Of a stretch of 64,000 bases of DNA, positions 28,746-38,226 are shown piece by piece; the first letter of the stretch is position 1; the number at the start of each line of letters is the position of its first letter. Location: positions 222,015-286,014 of the forward strand of contig CAVXTU010000001.1 of NCBI GenBank assembly GCA_963764785.1, written 5' to 3'. Made by a program: the position numbers and the translations under genes. The notes under the pieces were generated by a model. It was not told the origin of the DNA and did not search any database. It was given only the letters and a program-made list of their open reading frames with translations. This stretch comes from an uncultured Chloroflexia bacterium (GTDB taxonomy: Bacteria > Chloroflexota > Limnocylindria > Limnocylindrales > CSP1-4).

Positions 28746-28827
28746 TCGACACCTTCTTGATTGACTAGCATGCGAGGGTCTCAGCCACACCAGGCTGGAC
28801 CCTCGCTCTGATTCTGGGGAGAGTCTC

Positions 28828-29769
28828 GTGACCAAGGCCCGCGTGACAGCGGGATCAGCGTCGCCGCCGACAGGTGCCGGTGAGCCCCGGCGAGGGCGAC
28901 GCCTGCCCGACCTGGGCCCGCTCCCCTGGATCGGCCCGGCGCTGTTGCTGATCTTCGGCGTGGTGCTCTGGCCTGCCTTCGAGATGGCTCGGACGTCGGT
29001 ATCGGAGATCAGCATCTCGGGCCTGGCCAAGGGATTCGTAGGCCTCCACAACTTCGAGCGCCTCTTCGCAGACCCCGACCTTGCCGGCATCATCACACGC
29101 ACGCTGGTCTGGGTGGTCGTGGCGGTCAGTGTCACCATCTTCATCTCGCTGGGACTGGCCTCACTGCTCAACGCGGCGTTCCCGGGGCGGCGACTGGTGC
29201 GCTGGGCCTTGATCGTGCCCTGGGCAGCGTCGGTGGTCATGACCGCGACGATCTGGCGCTGGATGCTCGATGGCTTCTACGGGATCATCAACCGCATCCT
29301 GCTGGACCTCGGGCTGCTGTCGGGACCCATCAATGACTGGCTGGGCAACCCGTCGACCGCATTCATCTGGCTCGTGTTCGTGGCGGTGTTCGTGTCATTG
29401 CCGTTCACGACCTACGTGCTGCTGGCCGGCCTGCAATCGATTCCGCGTGACATCTATGAGGCCGCCGAGGTCGACGGCGCGACTGGCTGGCAGAGCTACT
29501 TCGGCATCACCCTGCCGTTGCTTCGGCCGGCGCTGCTGGTCGCCGGGATCATCAACATGATCAACGTCTTCAACTCATTCCCGATCATCTGGGCCATGAC
29601 CAGGGGCGGCCCCGGTTCCCTGACTGATACGACCACGACACACATGTACAAGCTGGCGTTCCAGCTGCTCGATATCGGGCAGTCGGCGGCGATGGCCGTG
29701 GTGAACTTCATGGTCATCCTGGGTTTCGTCCTCCTCTACCTGCGCTTCGTCGACTGGCGGCGAGCGTGA
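28828..29769 (+). CDS. sugar ABC transporter permease (MalF-type)
   Basis: 313-aa ORF with six TM segments and the EAA loop YEAAEVDGATGWQSYFGITLPLLRP. Confidence 0.85.
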   Translation: MTKARVTAGSASPPTGAGEPRRGRRLPDLGPLPWIGPALLLIFGVVLWPAFEMARTSVSEISISGLAKGFVGLHNFERLFADPDLAGIITRTLVWVVVAVSVTIFISLGLASLLNAAFPGRRLVRWALIVPWAASVVMTATIWRWMLDGFYGIINRILLDLGLLSGPINDWLGNPSTAFIWLVFVAVFVSLPFTTYVLLAGLQSIPRDIYEAAEVDGATGWQSYFGITLPLLRPALLVAGIINMINVFNSFPIIWAMTRGGPGSLTDTTTTHMYKLAFQLLDIGQSAAMAVVNFMVILGFVLLYLRFVDWRRA

Positions 29770-29770
29770 C

Positions 29771-30637
29771 ATGACCACGCTGCAGCGTCCCTCGGGACCA
29801 CCATCGATCCGGAAGGCCCTGCTGACCGGCGTCGGCGCGCTGGTGGCCTTCTTCTTCATGGCGCCGTACATCCAGATGCTGATAACGGCGCTGTCTCCCG
29901 GCAATGAGCTGGTGTCGGTACCGGCGCAATACCTGCCGTCGCACCTGGAGTTCTCGAACTTCGTGACAGTGTGGGACGAGGCGCCACTGTGGGGCTACCT
30001 GCGGAGCAGCCTCATCATCTCGGTCTTCGCCACGCTGCTGGTGCTCGTGGTGGCCCTGCCGGCCGCCTACTACACAGCTCGATATCGGTATCGCGGCCGC
30101 TTGATCTTCCTACTGCTGGTTCTCATCACGCAGATGTTCGCGCCGACCGCCCTGGTCATCGGCATCTACCGCGAGTTCGTGAGCATCGGGAGCGTCTTCC
30201 CGGAGGCAGGCATCAATACCTACCTGTCCCTCATCATCGTCAATGCCGCCTTCAACCTGGCCTTCTCCACCTGGATCATGGTGGCCTACTTCTCGACCAT
30301 CCCGGTCGAGCTGGAGGAAGCAGCCTCCATCGATGGTGCCTCACGCCTGGGCGTGCTCCGGCGGATCACGCTCCCGCTGGCGCTGCCCGGGATCATCACC
30401 GCCACCATCTTCACCTTCATCGCCGCCTGGAACGAGTTCGTGGTCGCGCTGACCCTGGCACAGTCCCCGGACATCCACCCACTGACCGTCGGCGTGACGA
30501 CATTCGTCGGCCAGTACCGCGTCGAATGGCAGTACCTGTTCACGTCTTCGCTCATCGCCATCGTACCGGTGGTCATCCTCTTCATCATCATCGAGAAGTG
30601 GCTCGTCGGTGGCCTCACCGCCGGTAGCATCAAGTAA
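29771..30637 (+). CDS. sugar ABC transporter permease (MalG-type)
   Basis: 288-aa ORF with the EAA loop EEAASIDGASRLGVLRRITLPLALP. Starts 1 nt after the upstream stop. Confidence 0.85.
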   Translation: MTTLQRPSGPPSIRKALLTGVGALVAFFFMAPYIQMLITALSPGNELVSVPAQYLPSHLEFSNFVTVWDEAPLWGYLRSSLIISVFATLLVLVVALPAAYYTARYRYRGRLIFLLLVLITQMFAPTALVIGIYREFVSIGSVFPEAGINTYLSLIIVNAAFNLAFSTWIMVAYFSTIPVELEEAASIDGASRLGVLRRITLPLALPGIITATIFTFIAAWNEFVVALTLAQSPDIHPLTVGVTTFVGQYRVEWQYLFTSSLIAIVPVVILFIIIEKWLVGGLTAGSIK

Positions 30638-30679
30638 CCCAGGACGAGCCCCTGGAAGCCAAGCTCGGAGACACTCGAC

Positions 30680-31747
30680 GTGCCTGACATGCGCCTTTCC
30701 GACTATCGCCCGGTCAGCAAGCTGCGCTTGCCGGTGCACCTCGTCGACAAACCAAGGTTCGGCGTGGTCGATGCCCACAACCACCTGGGCCCGCTGTTCA
30801 GCGGCGGCTGGCACGCCCGGCCAGTGTCCGCGCTCCTCGCGGCGCTCGATGAAGCCGGCGTCGAGACCATCGTCGACCTCGATGGCGGCACGGGCGAAGC
30901 GTTCTCGGAGCACTACGCCAGGTACGCAGGCGCACATCCCGGCCGCTTCGCCCATGCGGCACAGCTGTCCTTCGGGGAGTGGCCAGAACGACCGGACTTC
31001 GGAGACGTGGAGGCGGGCCGTTTCGAGGATGCCGTGCAACGCGGCGCGATCGGCCTGAAGGTCTGGAAGCTGCTCGGCCTGCGCGCGCGTGATCCGGAAG
31101 GACGAATCGTGGCGGTCGATGACGCGCGCCTTGACCCGCTGTGGGCGACCGGGGCCAGGACCGGGGCGCCGATCATCATCCATATCGCCGACCCCATCGC
31201 CTTCTTCGACCCGCTCGACGAGCGCAACGAACGCTGGGAGGAGTTGGCCCAGCACCCGGACTGGCACTTCTGGCCGCCGGCGACCGCGGACGACGAGACA
31301 GGCTTCGCGGCCTTTGACCAGATCCTCGCAGCCTTCGATCGAGTCGTGGGCCGCCATCCCGGCACCACCTTCATCGGCGCCCACGTCGGTTGTGCCGCTG
31401 AAGACCTGTCCCTGGTGAGCTCGATGCTCGATCGCCATCCCAACCTGTACGTCGACCTGTCGGCCCGGATGGCCGAGCTGGGTCGGCAGCCCTACACATC
31501 GCGAGCGTTCTTCCTGCGGCACGCCGACCGGATCCTGTTCGGCACCGACCTTGGCTTTGACCCGGCGATGTACCGGCTGCACTATCGTTTCCTCGAGAGC
31601 ATGGATGAATCGTTCGACTACTCCACCGAACCGGTGCCACCCCAGGGCCGCTGGCAGATCCACGGTCTGGGCCTGCCCGACGACGTGCTCAAGCAGGTCT
31701 ATGCCGACAACGCGCGCCGCGTCCTGCTGAACCGGTCCGCTCGGTGA
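30680..31747 (+). CDS. amidohydrolase-2 (metal-dependent TIM-barrel hydrolase) family protein
   Basis: 355-aa ORF with N-terminal VVDAHNHLG metal ligands and a PF04909-like layout. Confidence 0.7.
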   Translation: MPDMRLSDYRPVSKLRLPVHLVDKPRFGVVDAHNHLGPLFSGGWHARPVSALLAALDEAGVETIVDLDGGTGEAFSEHYARYAGAHPGRFAHAAQLSFGEWPERPDFGDVEAGRFEDAVQRGAIGLKVWKLLGLRARDPEGRIVAVDDARLDPLWATGARTGAPIIIHIADPIAFFDPLDERNERWEELAQHPDWHFWPPATADDETGFAAFDQILAAFDRVVGRHPGTTFIGAHVGCAAEDLSLVSSMLDRHPNLYVDLSARMAELGRQPYTSRAFFLRHADRILFGTDLGFDPAMYRLHYRFLESMDESFDYSTEPVPPQGRWQIHGLGLPDDVLKQVYADNARRVLLNRSAR

Positions 31748-32050
31748 GCGAACCCGTGACGGTCGAACAGGAGGCACGGCGGGCACTCGCCGTCTACGAG
31801 GAGCTGACCAGCCTGGGCGAGGATGTCGAGGATGAATGGTCGTATGTGAATGACCTCGCCACGGCCTGGCGGGGCCGTATCGACGAGGTGATCGAGGCGC
31901 GTGGCGATGAGCCCCTTGGTGCAGCGGAGCAGGCAGCACTGGAACGCGCCATCGATGAGGTCGGGCAGATCGAGCGATCCGCATCGCGCCATCGACTGGC
32001 TCTCGACGTTCCCCCAGGTCGTCCTCACCATCCTCGGGGAGCGACCATGA
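31744..32050 (+). CDS. small hypothetical acidic helical protein, reading frame broken near 31966-31985
   Basis: GTGA overlap with the amidohydrolase. After ...AIDEVGQIERS the G/C-rich third positions move to the +1 frame (HRAIDWLSTFPQVVLTILGERP*: 19/22 codons end in G/C versus 10/22 in the annotated frame). That frame stops at 32048-32050, overlapping ATG 32047. Confidence 0.5.
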
Positions 32051-32721
32051 GGTTCCAGGACGCGGCGCAAGATGCTCGCGCCATCACCTACGCGGCGATC
32101 CAGGCAGAACCGGTGGTCGCGCAGGCGGCCGCGCTCCTGGCCGAGGCAAGCCCTGCCCAGCGCCTCCTGGCACGGGCCGTCATGAACGGCGAGACCCTCG
32201 ACCCGGACGGCTGGCGCAGCATGTTTCCGACGCTCTTCGGGCCGGCTGCAGAGGACGGCGCCGTGGCTCGGTCGGAGGCCATCCTGGCCGTCTCGCTGGC
32301 CATCGCCGACCGCGGCGACCAGGTGCGCAACCAACTCCGTGGCGCGTTGGTTGAGTCACTCACCGAGGCGCTGTTGGTGCGCCGTGTCGGACCGGGCCAC
32401 GTCCGCCGCGAGCGACGCATCCTGTTCGACGGGGTGCGCGCTGAGATCCACCCCTACGACGTCACCGTCGAGCGATCCGGTGGCGCCGAGGCCTACGACT
32501 GCAAGTGGGGAGCGCGGGGTATCGACACCGACGTACTCCACCAGCTCGACGATGCGCGATCCAATGCGGCAGCCGAGGAGGAACGCCTGCGCGTGGCCCT
32601 CGTCATCTTCGATGCAGAGCGCTCCTGCGGGGTCCGGCTCGATCGCCAGACCGCACCGCACGAGCACACCGCCGTCATCTCGCTCGAGTCGCTCGACGTG
32701 CTCGCGGAGGGATCGCTCTAG
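32047..32721 (+). CDS. hypothetical protein with a PD-(D/E)xK-like motif
   Basis: ATGA coupling to the preceding small ORF. 224 aa. The C-terminal half contains IHPYDVTVERSGGAEAYDCKWG, a D...DxK spacing typical of restriction-endonuclease-fold proteins. This is motif-level evidence only. Confidence 0.5.
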   Translation: MRFQDAAQDARAITYAAIQAEPVVAQAAALLAEASPAQRLLARAVMNGETLDPDGWRSMFPTLFGPAAEDGAVARSEAILAVSLAIADRGDQVRNQLRGALVESLTEALLVRRVGPGHVRRERRILFDGVRAEIHPYDVTVERSGGAEAYDCKWGARGIDTDVLHQLDDARSNAAAEEERLRVALVIFDAERSCGVRLDRQTAPHEHTAVISLESLDVLAEGSL

Positions 32722-33242
32722 CTGGTCCCGGGTGCTCCGGGCCCCATGGAGAACGTGAACATGCGCTCCGCCTCGATGCGTGCATACACCGGTCCCGAAT
32801 CGAGGAACTGCTCCCATCCCGCGCCGTACAACGGCACATAGACGTCGAGCAGCGTTCGGCGGAAGCCGGCCTGGTCCGGCGCCCCGATATCGATCTCGGT
32901 CGCGATCCCGTGGACCGTCGTCGAGAATGCTTCGCCGGGCACGTGCGTAGCGCTGACCCAGGGGCGCTGACGGATGTGGTGGAAGCGAACGGACTCGGGG
33001 CTGCTGCCGAAGTACCAGTCACCACGATAGAAGATGCCATCGACCGGCGCGTTGACGGGGTGTCCATCGGCACTGACGGTGGCAAGGACCAGCAGGCACA
33101 TGCCCCGGAGTCGATCCGCCAGCTGAGCCGCGGTCAGTCGGCGTTCCGGGGTGATGACCTCGCGCAGGTGCTCGCCGGCCGCGGCATAGCTGCGATCGAG
33201 GACGGCCTGGAGGCGGGCCAGGTCGTCGGCAGTCTCATCCAT
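32718..33242 (-). CDS. pyridoxamine 5'-phosphate oxidase (PPOX) family protein
   Basis: 174-aa ORF. Split-barrel pattern LLVLATVSADGHPVNAPVDGIFYRGDWYFGSS. Confidence 0.7.
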   Translation of the reverse strand: MDETADDLARLQAVLDRSYAAAGEHLREVITPERRLTAAQLADRLRGMCLLVLATVSADGHPVNAPVDGIFYRGDWYFGSSPESVRFHHIRQRPWVSATHVPGEAFSTTVHGIATEIDIGAPDQAGFRRTLLDVYVPLYGAGWEQFLDSGPVYARIEAERMFTFSMGPGAPGTS

Positions 33243-33254
33243 GCAGGCTGGCGA

Positions 33255-34316
33255 CTACGACGCGGTGCGCAACCCATTGGCAGCCAGTGCTGCGGCGCGC
33301 GCACTTCGGCCGCGCTTGGCCTCCTCGGGCACCTGGTCGCGTGCGTGGTACGACGATCGGACCAGCGGGCCGGACTCGACGTGCTTGAAGCCCAGGGCAA
33401 GTGCCTCTTTCTTCATCTGCTCGAACTCATCAGGATGCACATAGCGCTCGATGGGCAGGTGGGCCACCGTCGGCCGCAGGTACTGGCCGATGGTGAGGAT
33501 GTCGCAGTCGACTGCCCGCAGGTCGCGGAAGGTGGTACTCAGCTCCTCGCGGGTCTCGCCCAGTCCGACCATGATGCTCGACTTGGTGTGGACGGTTCCA
33601 CTGCGACCGGAGATCTCGAGCGCCTGCGCCTTGGCCACCGACAGGACGTCGAGCGAACGCTGGTAGCGAGCACGCTTGCGTACCGGCTTCTGAAGTCGTT
33701 CCACCGTCTCCACGTTGTGATTGAGGATATCCGGCCCGGCCTCCATGACCGTGCGCAGCGGGCCATCCTCGCCGTTGAAGTCAGGGATCAGGACCTCGAC
33801 ACCCATGCCCGGACTGGTGCGGCGCATGGCTCGGATGGTCTCAGCGAAGATGCTTGCTCCGCCATCCGGCAGATCATCGCGCGCAACGCTCGTGACGACC
33901 ACGTGCTCAAGGCCCATGACCTGGACGGCTTCAGCCACGCGGCGGGGCTCATCGGGGTCGTCCCAGGTGGGTCGGCCGGTCTTGACGGCACAGAAACCGC
34001 AGGCGCGGGTGCATGTGTCACCCAGGATCATCACCGTGGCCGTACGCTGCTCCCAGCATTCCCCGATGTTGGGGCACCGAGCCTCCTCGCAAACGGTGTT
34101 GAGGCCCTTGGCGCGGACGAGCGCCTTGAGTTCCTCGTAGTTGTCCCCGCTGGGCAGTCGCGACCGGATCCAGTCGGGATGTCGCTGGCGATCCGGACCG
34201 CGAAGGCCAGTGGTGTCGACCGAGCCGCCCATGGCGATCGACAGGGGCGTCGATCCCAGCTCGGGTGCGTGGCCGCTGCTACCGGCCGGCTCGAAGAGGG
34301 GAAGCTCCCTGGCCAT
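33255..34316 (-). CDS. lipA: lipoyl synthase
   Basis: Has CEEARCPNIGECW and the radical-SAM CTRACGFCAV motif. ATG 34316 lies 5 nt after the E2 stop. The ORF track extension to 34400 overlaps E2. Confidence 0.9.
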   Translation of the reverse strand: MARELPLFEPAGSSGHAPELGSTPLSIAMGGSVDTTGLRGPDRQRHPDWIRSRLPSGDNYEELKALVRAKGLNTVCEEARCPNIGECWEQRTATVMILGDTCTRACGFCAVKTGRPTWDDPDEPRRVAEAVQVMGLEHVVVTSVARDDLPDGGASIFAETIRAMRRTSPGMGVEVLIPDFNGEDGPLRTVMEAGPDILNHNVETVERLQKPVRKRARYQRSLDVLSVAKAQALEISGRSGTVHTKSSIMVGLGETREELSTTFRDLRAVDCDILTIGQYLRPTVAHLPIERYVHPDEFEQMKKEALALGFKHVESGPLVRSSYHARDQVPEEAKRGRSARAAALAANGLRTAS

Positions 34317-34320
34317 CTCG

Positions 34321-35709
34321 CTACCAGACCGAGACGTGCTCATCGACGGACTCGAGCCAGCGACGGACGTCCTTGAGGAACTCGCCGGCCTGGGCGCCAT
34401 CGGTGGCGCGATGGTCGATGGCGATGCACATGTTCATCATCGAGCGGACGGCGATGGCGTCGCCCTGGTCCTCCAGCACGACCGCGCGCTTGACGATGGC
34501 CTCCATGGTGATGATGGCGACCTCGGGCACGTTGATGATAGGCAGCGTCAGTACGGAGCCTGTCCAGCCGGTGTTGTCGACGGTGAAGGTGCCACCCTCC
34601 AGGTCGGCCGGCGTGAGTTTCTTGCTGCGAGCACGCTGGGCGAGGTCGTTGATGGCGACGTTTAGGCCGTGGAGGCTGAGGGCGTCGGCATGCTTGATGA
34701 CCGGCACGACCAGGCCGTCGTCGACCGCGACCGCCATCCCAACGTTGATGTCCTTGCGACGCCAGTGCCCTTCCTGGGTCCAGTGGGCGTTGAGGTCGTG
34801 GTGCTTCCGCAGCGCCTCGACGCAGGCCATGGTCATGTAGGCCACGTAGCTCAGCGAGATGCCCTCTCGCGCCTTGTACTCGGCGTTGATGGCCGTGCGA
34901 GCCTTCACCACCGGGGTCATGTCGACCTCGAAGGTGATGTACGCGGTGGGTACCTCGAGGAACCTGGTCATGTGGTTGGCGATGGCCTTGCGCATCGGCG
35001 AGAGCTTCTTGAGCGAATCGCCGTCGCGGACCGGCGAGCCGCCCGGGGAGGCGGGTGAGGCTGCCACGGGCTGCGGGGCGGAGCCGTTGGTGCGGTCGGC
35101 TGCTGCCACCTGGACGTCGGAGCGAGTGATGCGTCCACCGATGCCGGAACCGGCGATCGCACTGACGTCCACCCGCAGCTCACGAGCGAGGCGGCGCACG
35201 GCCGGGGTCATGCGGATATCGGCGGGGATCGGCGGTCCCGGGGCGATGGCCGACGGTGCCGGCGCAGCGGCCAGGGCCGCATCGGTGGCCTCGGTCGGTG
35301 CCTGAGCGAGCGCTGCGGGAGCCGCCTGAGCGGCTGGCGGCTGGGCCTCGGTCGGCGCCTCAGCGTCGGTCGTCAGCTCCTCCTCCGCCGCATCGGTAGC
35401 CTGGGCATGTGGCGTCGCCGCTGCGCCGTCATCCGGTGCATCGGCCGCTACGTCAGCGGCTGCGGTGGACTCACCGGTGCCTTCGACCTCGGCGATGGGA
35501 GCGTCATTCTGGATCGTCTCGCCCTCGCTGACGAGGATCTTGCTGAGCGTGCCTGCGAACGGCGACGGCACCTCGGCATTGACCTTGTCGGTGACCACCT
35601 CGACGAGCGGGTCGCCCACGCGGACCGTATCGCCCACCTGCTTCAGCCACTTGCCGATGGTCCCTTCCTCGACGCCTTCACCGAGCTGGGGCATGGTCAC
35701 CTGGGGCAT
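34321..35709 (-). CDS. 2-oxoacid dehydrogenase E2 dihydrolipoamide acyltransferase
   Basis: Lipoyl domain (VEVVTDKVNAEVPSP), Ala/Pro linker, PSBD (MTPAVRRLARELRVD...GSGIGGRITRSDV) and catalytic DHRATDG. Confidence 0.9.
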   Translation of the reverse strand: MPQVTMPQLGEGVEEGTIGKWLKQVGDTVRVGDPLVEVVTDKVNAEVPSPFAGTLSKILVSEGETIQNDAPIAEVEGTGESTAAADVAADAPDDGAAATPHAQATDAAEEELTTDAEAPTEAQPPAAQAAPAALAQAPTEATDAALAAAPAPSAIAPGPPIPADIRMTPAVRRLARELRVDVSAIAGSGIGGRITRSDVQVAAADRTNGSAPQPVAASPASPGGSPVRDGDSLKKLSPMRKAIANHMTRFLEVPTAYITFEVDMTPVVKARTAINAEYKAREGISLSYVAYMTMACVEALRKHHDLNAHWTQEGHWRRKDINVGMAVAVDDGLVVPVIKHADALSLHGLNVAINDLAQRARSKKLTPADLEGGTFTVDNTGWTGSVLTLPIINVPEVAIITMEAIVKRAVVLEDQGDAIAVRSMMNMCIAIDHRATDGAQAGEFLKDVRRWLESVDEHVSVW

Positions 35710-35846
35710 GAGTCGACTCCTGGGAGATTGTTTCGTTCGATCATGGTGGGCACGTCACGTGTCAAGGCGTCCATCATACCGGCGCCTGCCACAGATACCA
35801 CCCGGCTACGCCGCCGCACCCCGACACGTGGTGGCGTGGATGAAAC

Positions 35847-37280
35847 CTAGAAGTTGATGGAGCGGCCTGCGACGGCCATGGCGGCCTCGCCCATGGTTTC
35901 CGAGAGCGTCGGATGCGGATGCACGGCGGTACCGATCTCCTCGGCGGTGGCCTCCAGAAGGATGGCCGTCGACGCCTCGGCCACCAGCTCGGTGACATGC
36001 GCGCCGATGAGGTGCACGCCCAGGACCTCGTCGGTCTCGGCATCGGCGATGATCTTGACGAAGCCGCTGGTATCGCCGTTGATGATGGCCTTGCCGCTGG
36101 CCTGCATCGGCATCTTGCCGACCTTGGTCTTGAGGCCGCGTTCCTCGCACTGCGCCGAGGTCAGACCGATGGATGCCACCTGTGGCCGCGAGTATGTCGC
36201 CCGTGGCATCTTGACGTAGTCGATCTCCTCGACCGACTCGCCGGCGATGGTGTGCACCGCGACGATACCCTCGTGCGTGGCCACGTGCGCGAGCCACAGT
36301 CCGCCGGCGACGTCGCCGACGGCGTACAGATGCGGATCGGCGGTACGCATGTGCCCGTCGACCTGCACCACACCTCGCTCGACCACGGCGCGGGTCGTCT
36401 CCAATCCGACATCCTCGACATTGGCGGCACGACCAGTGGCTACCAGCAACTGCTCGGCCCGGAGCTCGGATGGCTCCTCACCGTCCTTGCCGACCATCAG
36501 GCTCACGCCCGCATCGTCGGCCTTGACGGAGGCGGGGTCGAATCGCGCTGAGGTGATGACGTTGATGCCTCGACGCTTGAAGGCGCGCTCCATCTCCTTC
36601 GAGACATCGGCGTCCTCCAGTGGCACCATCTCGGGCGCGTACTCGAGAACGGTGACTTCGCAGCCGAGGTCGTGGTAGTAGCTGGCGAACTCGACTCCGA
36701 CGGCGCCGGCGCCGACCACGATGATGGAGGCGGGTACGTGCGAAGAGCGCAGCACGTCGTCCGAGGTGACGATGTGCTTCCCGTCGACCTCCAGTCCCGG
36801 CAGTGACTTCACCCGTGAGCCGGTGGCAAGGATCACGGCCCTGGCCTTCAGGATGACCTCGCCTGTCGACTTGCCATCGGTGTCGATGGTCGCCACGCGC
36901 ACTTGCTGAGGCCCCTGGAGTCGGCCTCGTCCGAGGACGTACTCGACACCGTTCTTCTTCATCAGGCTGCCGACACCTTTGACGAGGCGGGTCACGATCC
37001 TGTCACGCCGGGAAGCGATGGCCTCAGCGTCCCAGCTGGGCTCCCCCGCCTCGATGCCGAACTCCGCAGCGTGCTTGATCCGCTCGATGAGATCAGCCGA
37101 TTCGAGCATGGCCTTGGTGGGGATGCAGCCGATGTGCAGGCAGGTTCCACCGATGCCGTTGGGGTTGTCATCCACGAGGGCGACCTTGAGCCCCAGCTGG
37201 CCAGCGCGGAAGGCGGCGCCATAGCCGCCGGTGCCGGCCCCAAGGACGACGATATCGAAGGATTGCGTTTCGTTGGGCAC
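35847..37280 (-). CDS. lpdA: dihydrolipoyl dehydrogenase (E3)
   Basis: Has VVLGAGTGGYGAA, the redox disulfide GGTCLHIGCIPTK and a C-terminal HPHPTLSE interface motif. Confidence 0.9.
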   Translation of the reverse strand: MPNETQSFDIVVLGAGTGGYGAAFRAGQLGLKVALVDDNPNGIGGTCLHIGCIPTKAMLESADLIERIKHAAEFGIEAGEPSWDAEAIASRRDRIVTRLVKGVGSLMKKNGVEYVLGRGRLQGPQQVRVATIDTDGKSTGEVILKARAVILATGSRVKSLPGLEVDGKHIVTSDDVLRSSHVPASIIVVGAGAVGVEFASYYHDLGCEVTVLEYAPEMVPLEDADVSKEMERAFKRRGINVITSARFDPASVKADDAGVSLMVGKDGEEPSELRAEQLLVATGRAANVEDVGLETTRAVVERGVVQVDGHMRTADPHLYAVGDVAGGLWLAHVATHEGIVAVHTIAGESVEEIDYVKMPRATYSRPQVASIGLTSAQCEERGLKTKVGKMPMQASGKAIINGDTSGFVKIIADAETDEVLGVHLIGAHVTELVAEASTAILLEATAEEIGTAVHPHPTLSETMGEAAMAVAGRSINF

Positions 37281-37381
37281 GGTGGACTCCGGGATTCACG
37301 GGTGGAACGTCATGTTCGATGGTAGCAAAGGCACCCCTGCCCGACCCAGGGCACCACGAGGCGACCCTATACTCGACCAGC

Positions 37382-38020
37382 GTGGACAACCCCCTCCTGA
37401 CGATCGCGCTGCTCCTGATGGGCTACCTCATCGGTTCGTTGCCGATGGGCGTCATCGTGGCACGCCTTACGCACGCCACAGACCCACGCACGGTCGGGTC
37501 CGGACGGACCGGGGGGACCAACTCGCTGCGCGCCATGGGCTGGCCGCGCGCCATCACCGTCGCTGTGCTTGACCTGAGCAAGGGGGCCGTGCCCATCCTC
37601 ATCGCCCGATCACTCGGGGCTCCGATCGAGATCCAGGCCCTCACCGGCCTGGCCGCGGTCGCGGGCAGCTGGAAGTCGATATTCCTGCGCTTCCACGGCG
37701 GACGAGGGGTGGCCACCGGTGTCGGTGGCATGTTGGTCGTTTCGCCATTGCTGTGCCTCGTGGCCGCCCCGATCTTCTTCATCGTGGTCGGGGTCACGCG
37801 CTTCGTCTCACTCGGCTCCATCGTGGTGGCCGCGTCGGGCGCTGTCCTGGCCGTTATCTTCGTGCTGGCTGGGGCACTCGAGCCCGGCTGGCTTCTGTAC
37901 GTCATTCCCGGGGCCGCGCTCATCTGGGTGTCTCACCGCGACAACATCCAGCGCTTGCGCGACGGCACCGAGCGACGCTTCGACCCTGGCGATCGGCAGG
38001 CCACGACCCCACCCGGCTGA
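37382..38020 (+). CDS. plsY: glycerol-3-phosphate acyltransferase PlsY
   Basis: Has GYLIGSLPMG and GSGRTGGTNSLR motifs and is multi-TM. GTG 37382 is preferred. The ORF track extends to 37319. Confidence 0.85.
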   Translation: MDNPLLTIALLLMGYLIGSLPMGVIVARLTHATDPRTVGSGRTGGTNSLRAMGWPRAITVAVLDLSKGAVPILIARSLGAPIEIQALTGLAAVAGSWKSIFLRFHGGRGVATGVGGMLVVSPLLCLVAAPIFFIVVGVTRFVSLGSIVVAASGAVLAVIFVLAGALEPGWLLYVIPGAALIWVSHRDNIQRLRDGTERRFDPGDRQATTPPG

Positions 38021-38027
38021 ACGACGC

Positions 38028-38225
38028 TCAGCGCAGCAGCGCTCGGGCCAGGATCAGGAGGGTACCGCCGACCAGCGCCACGACCACGATGGGCATCGAG
38101 GCCAGCGCGCCGTCGACCCCCGGCAGCATGGCACTCACCACGTTGATGATGAGGACGGCCAGCACGAGCACCAAGATCAGCAGCACGATCTTTCGATCGC
38201 GCGGCGTGGCATCGCGCCCCGACAA
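38028..38225 (-). CDS. small membrane protein (65 aa, two TM segments)
   Basis: TTG start directly after the nnrE-like stop. Strong G/C third-position bias. Hydrophobic sequence IVLLILVLVLAVLIINVV / IVVVALVGGTLLILA. Confidence 0.55.
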   Translation of the reverse strand: MSGRDATPRDRKIVLLILVLVLAVLIINVVSAMLPGVDGALASMPIVVVALVGGTLLILARALLR

Positions 38226-38226
38226 G

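Noticed and set aside
35750-35835. Two CACGTG-containing heptamers (CACGTGT and ACACGTG) between lpd and E2, considered as a regulatory inverted repeat.
   Set aside because: The arms are about 60 nt apart and only 7 bp long, and CACGTG is self-complementary. This is easily chance in GC-rich DNA.
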